From IMG/VR virus record IMGVR_UViG_3300020440_000840, positions 1 through 24,582 of that record: 24,582 bases of DNA; one strand, 5' to 3'. This stretch comes from a virus (taxonomy: Duplodnaviria > Caudoviricetes). Numbering within the stretch: position 1 is the first letter of the stretch; every line of letters starts with the position of its first letter. Positions 23,733 to 24,582 of the stretch are shown here, one piece after another. The notes under the pieces are model-generated. The model made no database searches, was not told the DNA's origin, and worked only from the letters and a program-made list of their open reading frames with translations. Made by a program: the position numbers and the translations under genes.

Positions 23733-24582
23733 ATATTAAAACAGCAAAACAACTATCATATAAAAAGAAACTATTTAAAGAAAATATAAAATCTATTGAA
23801 ATAGGTACACACAACTATTGTAATAGAACTTGCAACTTTTGTCCATTATCTAGAGATGATGTTAATAGAAAAGATAAAAATAAAACTATATTCATGGATA
23901 GAATAATGTTTCAAGGTATTCTAGAACAATTAAAAGAAATTGATTTTGATGGTCGTATAGATATTTCTAGATATCATGAACCTCTATCACATAAAAAAGA
24001 TATATTAGAAAGATGTCGTATGATAAACTATTATATACCTAATGCAAAAATAAGTATTAATACAAATGCAGATTATATAGATAGAGATTACATTGAAGAA
24101 TTATTAAATTCATATGTAGACCACATTGCTATACAGGCATATCTAAAAAATGGTGTTGTAGAGTATGATGAAATGGGTGTGTTCAAAAGAATAAATCAAA
24201 TATGCAAAAAGATAAAAGTAAAAGATATTAATCCTGATGATTATAAAGATAAAGACTGGATAAGATATAGACTACCAGATATTAAGTCTACCATACATGC
24301 AAGAAACTATTGGAAGAATGGTATGAATAGAGCAGGTACAGTTTTAGATTTTAATTATAAAAGAACTGAGCCATGTACAAGTATGGACAAAGGTGTTTAT
24401 ATAGAATATGATGGCAGTATGACAGCATGTTGCGATATGATAGCACCTGAACTACATAGTGAATGGACAGTAGGTGATTTAAAAAAAGAAACTAATTTAT
24501 TTAAAAACTATGCAAGTGAAAAATATCAAGGGTTTAAGAAACGAATAAATAATGCTGACTGGATTGAAAACTCACCATGTCT
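23729..24582 (+). CDS. Radical SAM protein with a SPASM/Twitch domain (3' truncated by the window)
   Basis: Open frame from ATG 23729 to the window end; CNRTCNFC (CxxxCxxC), EPL, INTNA, NRAG, PC..VYIEYDGSMTACCD..VGDL. Confidence 0.88.
   Translation, partial: MNIKTAKQLSYKKKLFKENIKSIEIGTHNYCNRTCNFCPLSRDDVNRKDKNKTIFMDRIMFQGILEQLKEIDFDGRIDISRYHEPLSHKKDILERCRMINYYIPNAKISINTNADYIDRDYIEELLNSYVDHIAIQAYLKNGVVEYDEMGVFKRINQICKKIKVKDINPDDYKDKDWIRYRLPDIKSTIHARNYWKNGMNRAGTVLDFNYKRTEPCTSMDKGVYIEYDGSMTACCDMIAPELHSEWTVGDLKKETNLFKNYASEKYQGFKKRINNADWIENSPC

Overview
AT-rich fragment of a lytic T4-like (myovirus) phage genome, probably marine, with every credible gene on the + strand. Left (288-10284): a gap-free operon behind tandem sigma70-type and T4 late-type promoters. 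It encodes a KxDG ligase-like protein, an intact oxidative-type dsrA without dsrB (auxiliary metabolic gene, suggesting a SUP05-like sulfur-oxidising gammaproteobacterial host), adenylate kinase, a PNK-like P-loop kinase, a polbeta-NTase/HIGH-NTase polyprotein, further modular proteins and a HAD phosphatase. Many of these start with a T4 capsid-targeting-like leader (MKxF/YxxxIxE) and have (L/I/V)xE linkers between modules. Middle (10365-18156): late/virion-type and conserved hypothetical genes, then a secreted/membrane cassette with a candidate -1 slippage site that adds a membrane anchor. Right (18217-end): primase gp61, nrdA, nrdB, a zinc-ribbon protein, a RuvC-like resolvase, a ParB-like protein and a truncated radical SAM/SPASM gene. 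The best novel-system candidate is a virion-packaged, protease-processed nucleotide/RNA-repair enzyme kit into which dsrA and adk were recruited. Family names come from motif recognition and memory, not from database searches.
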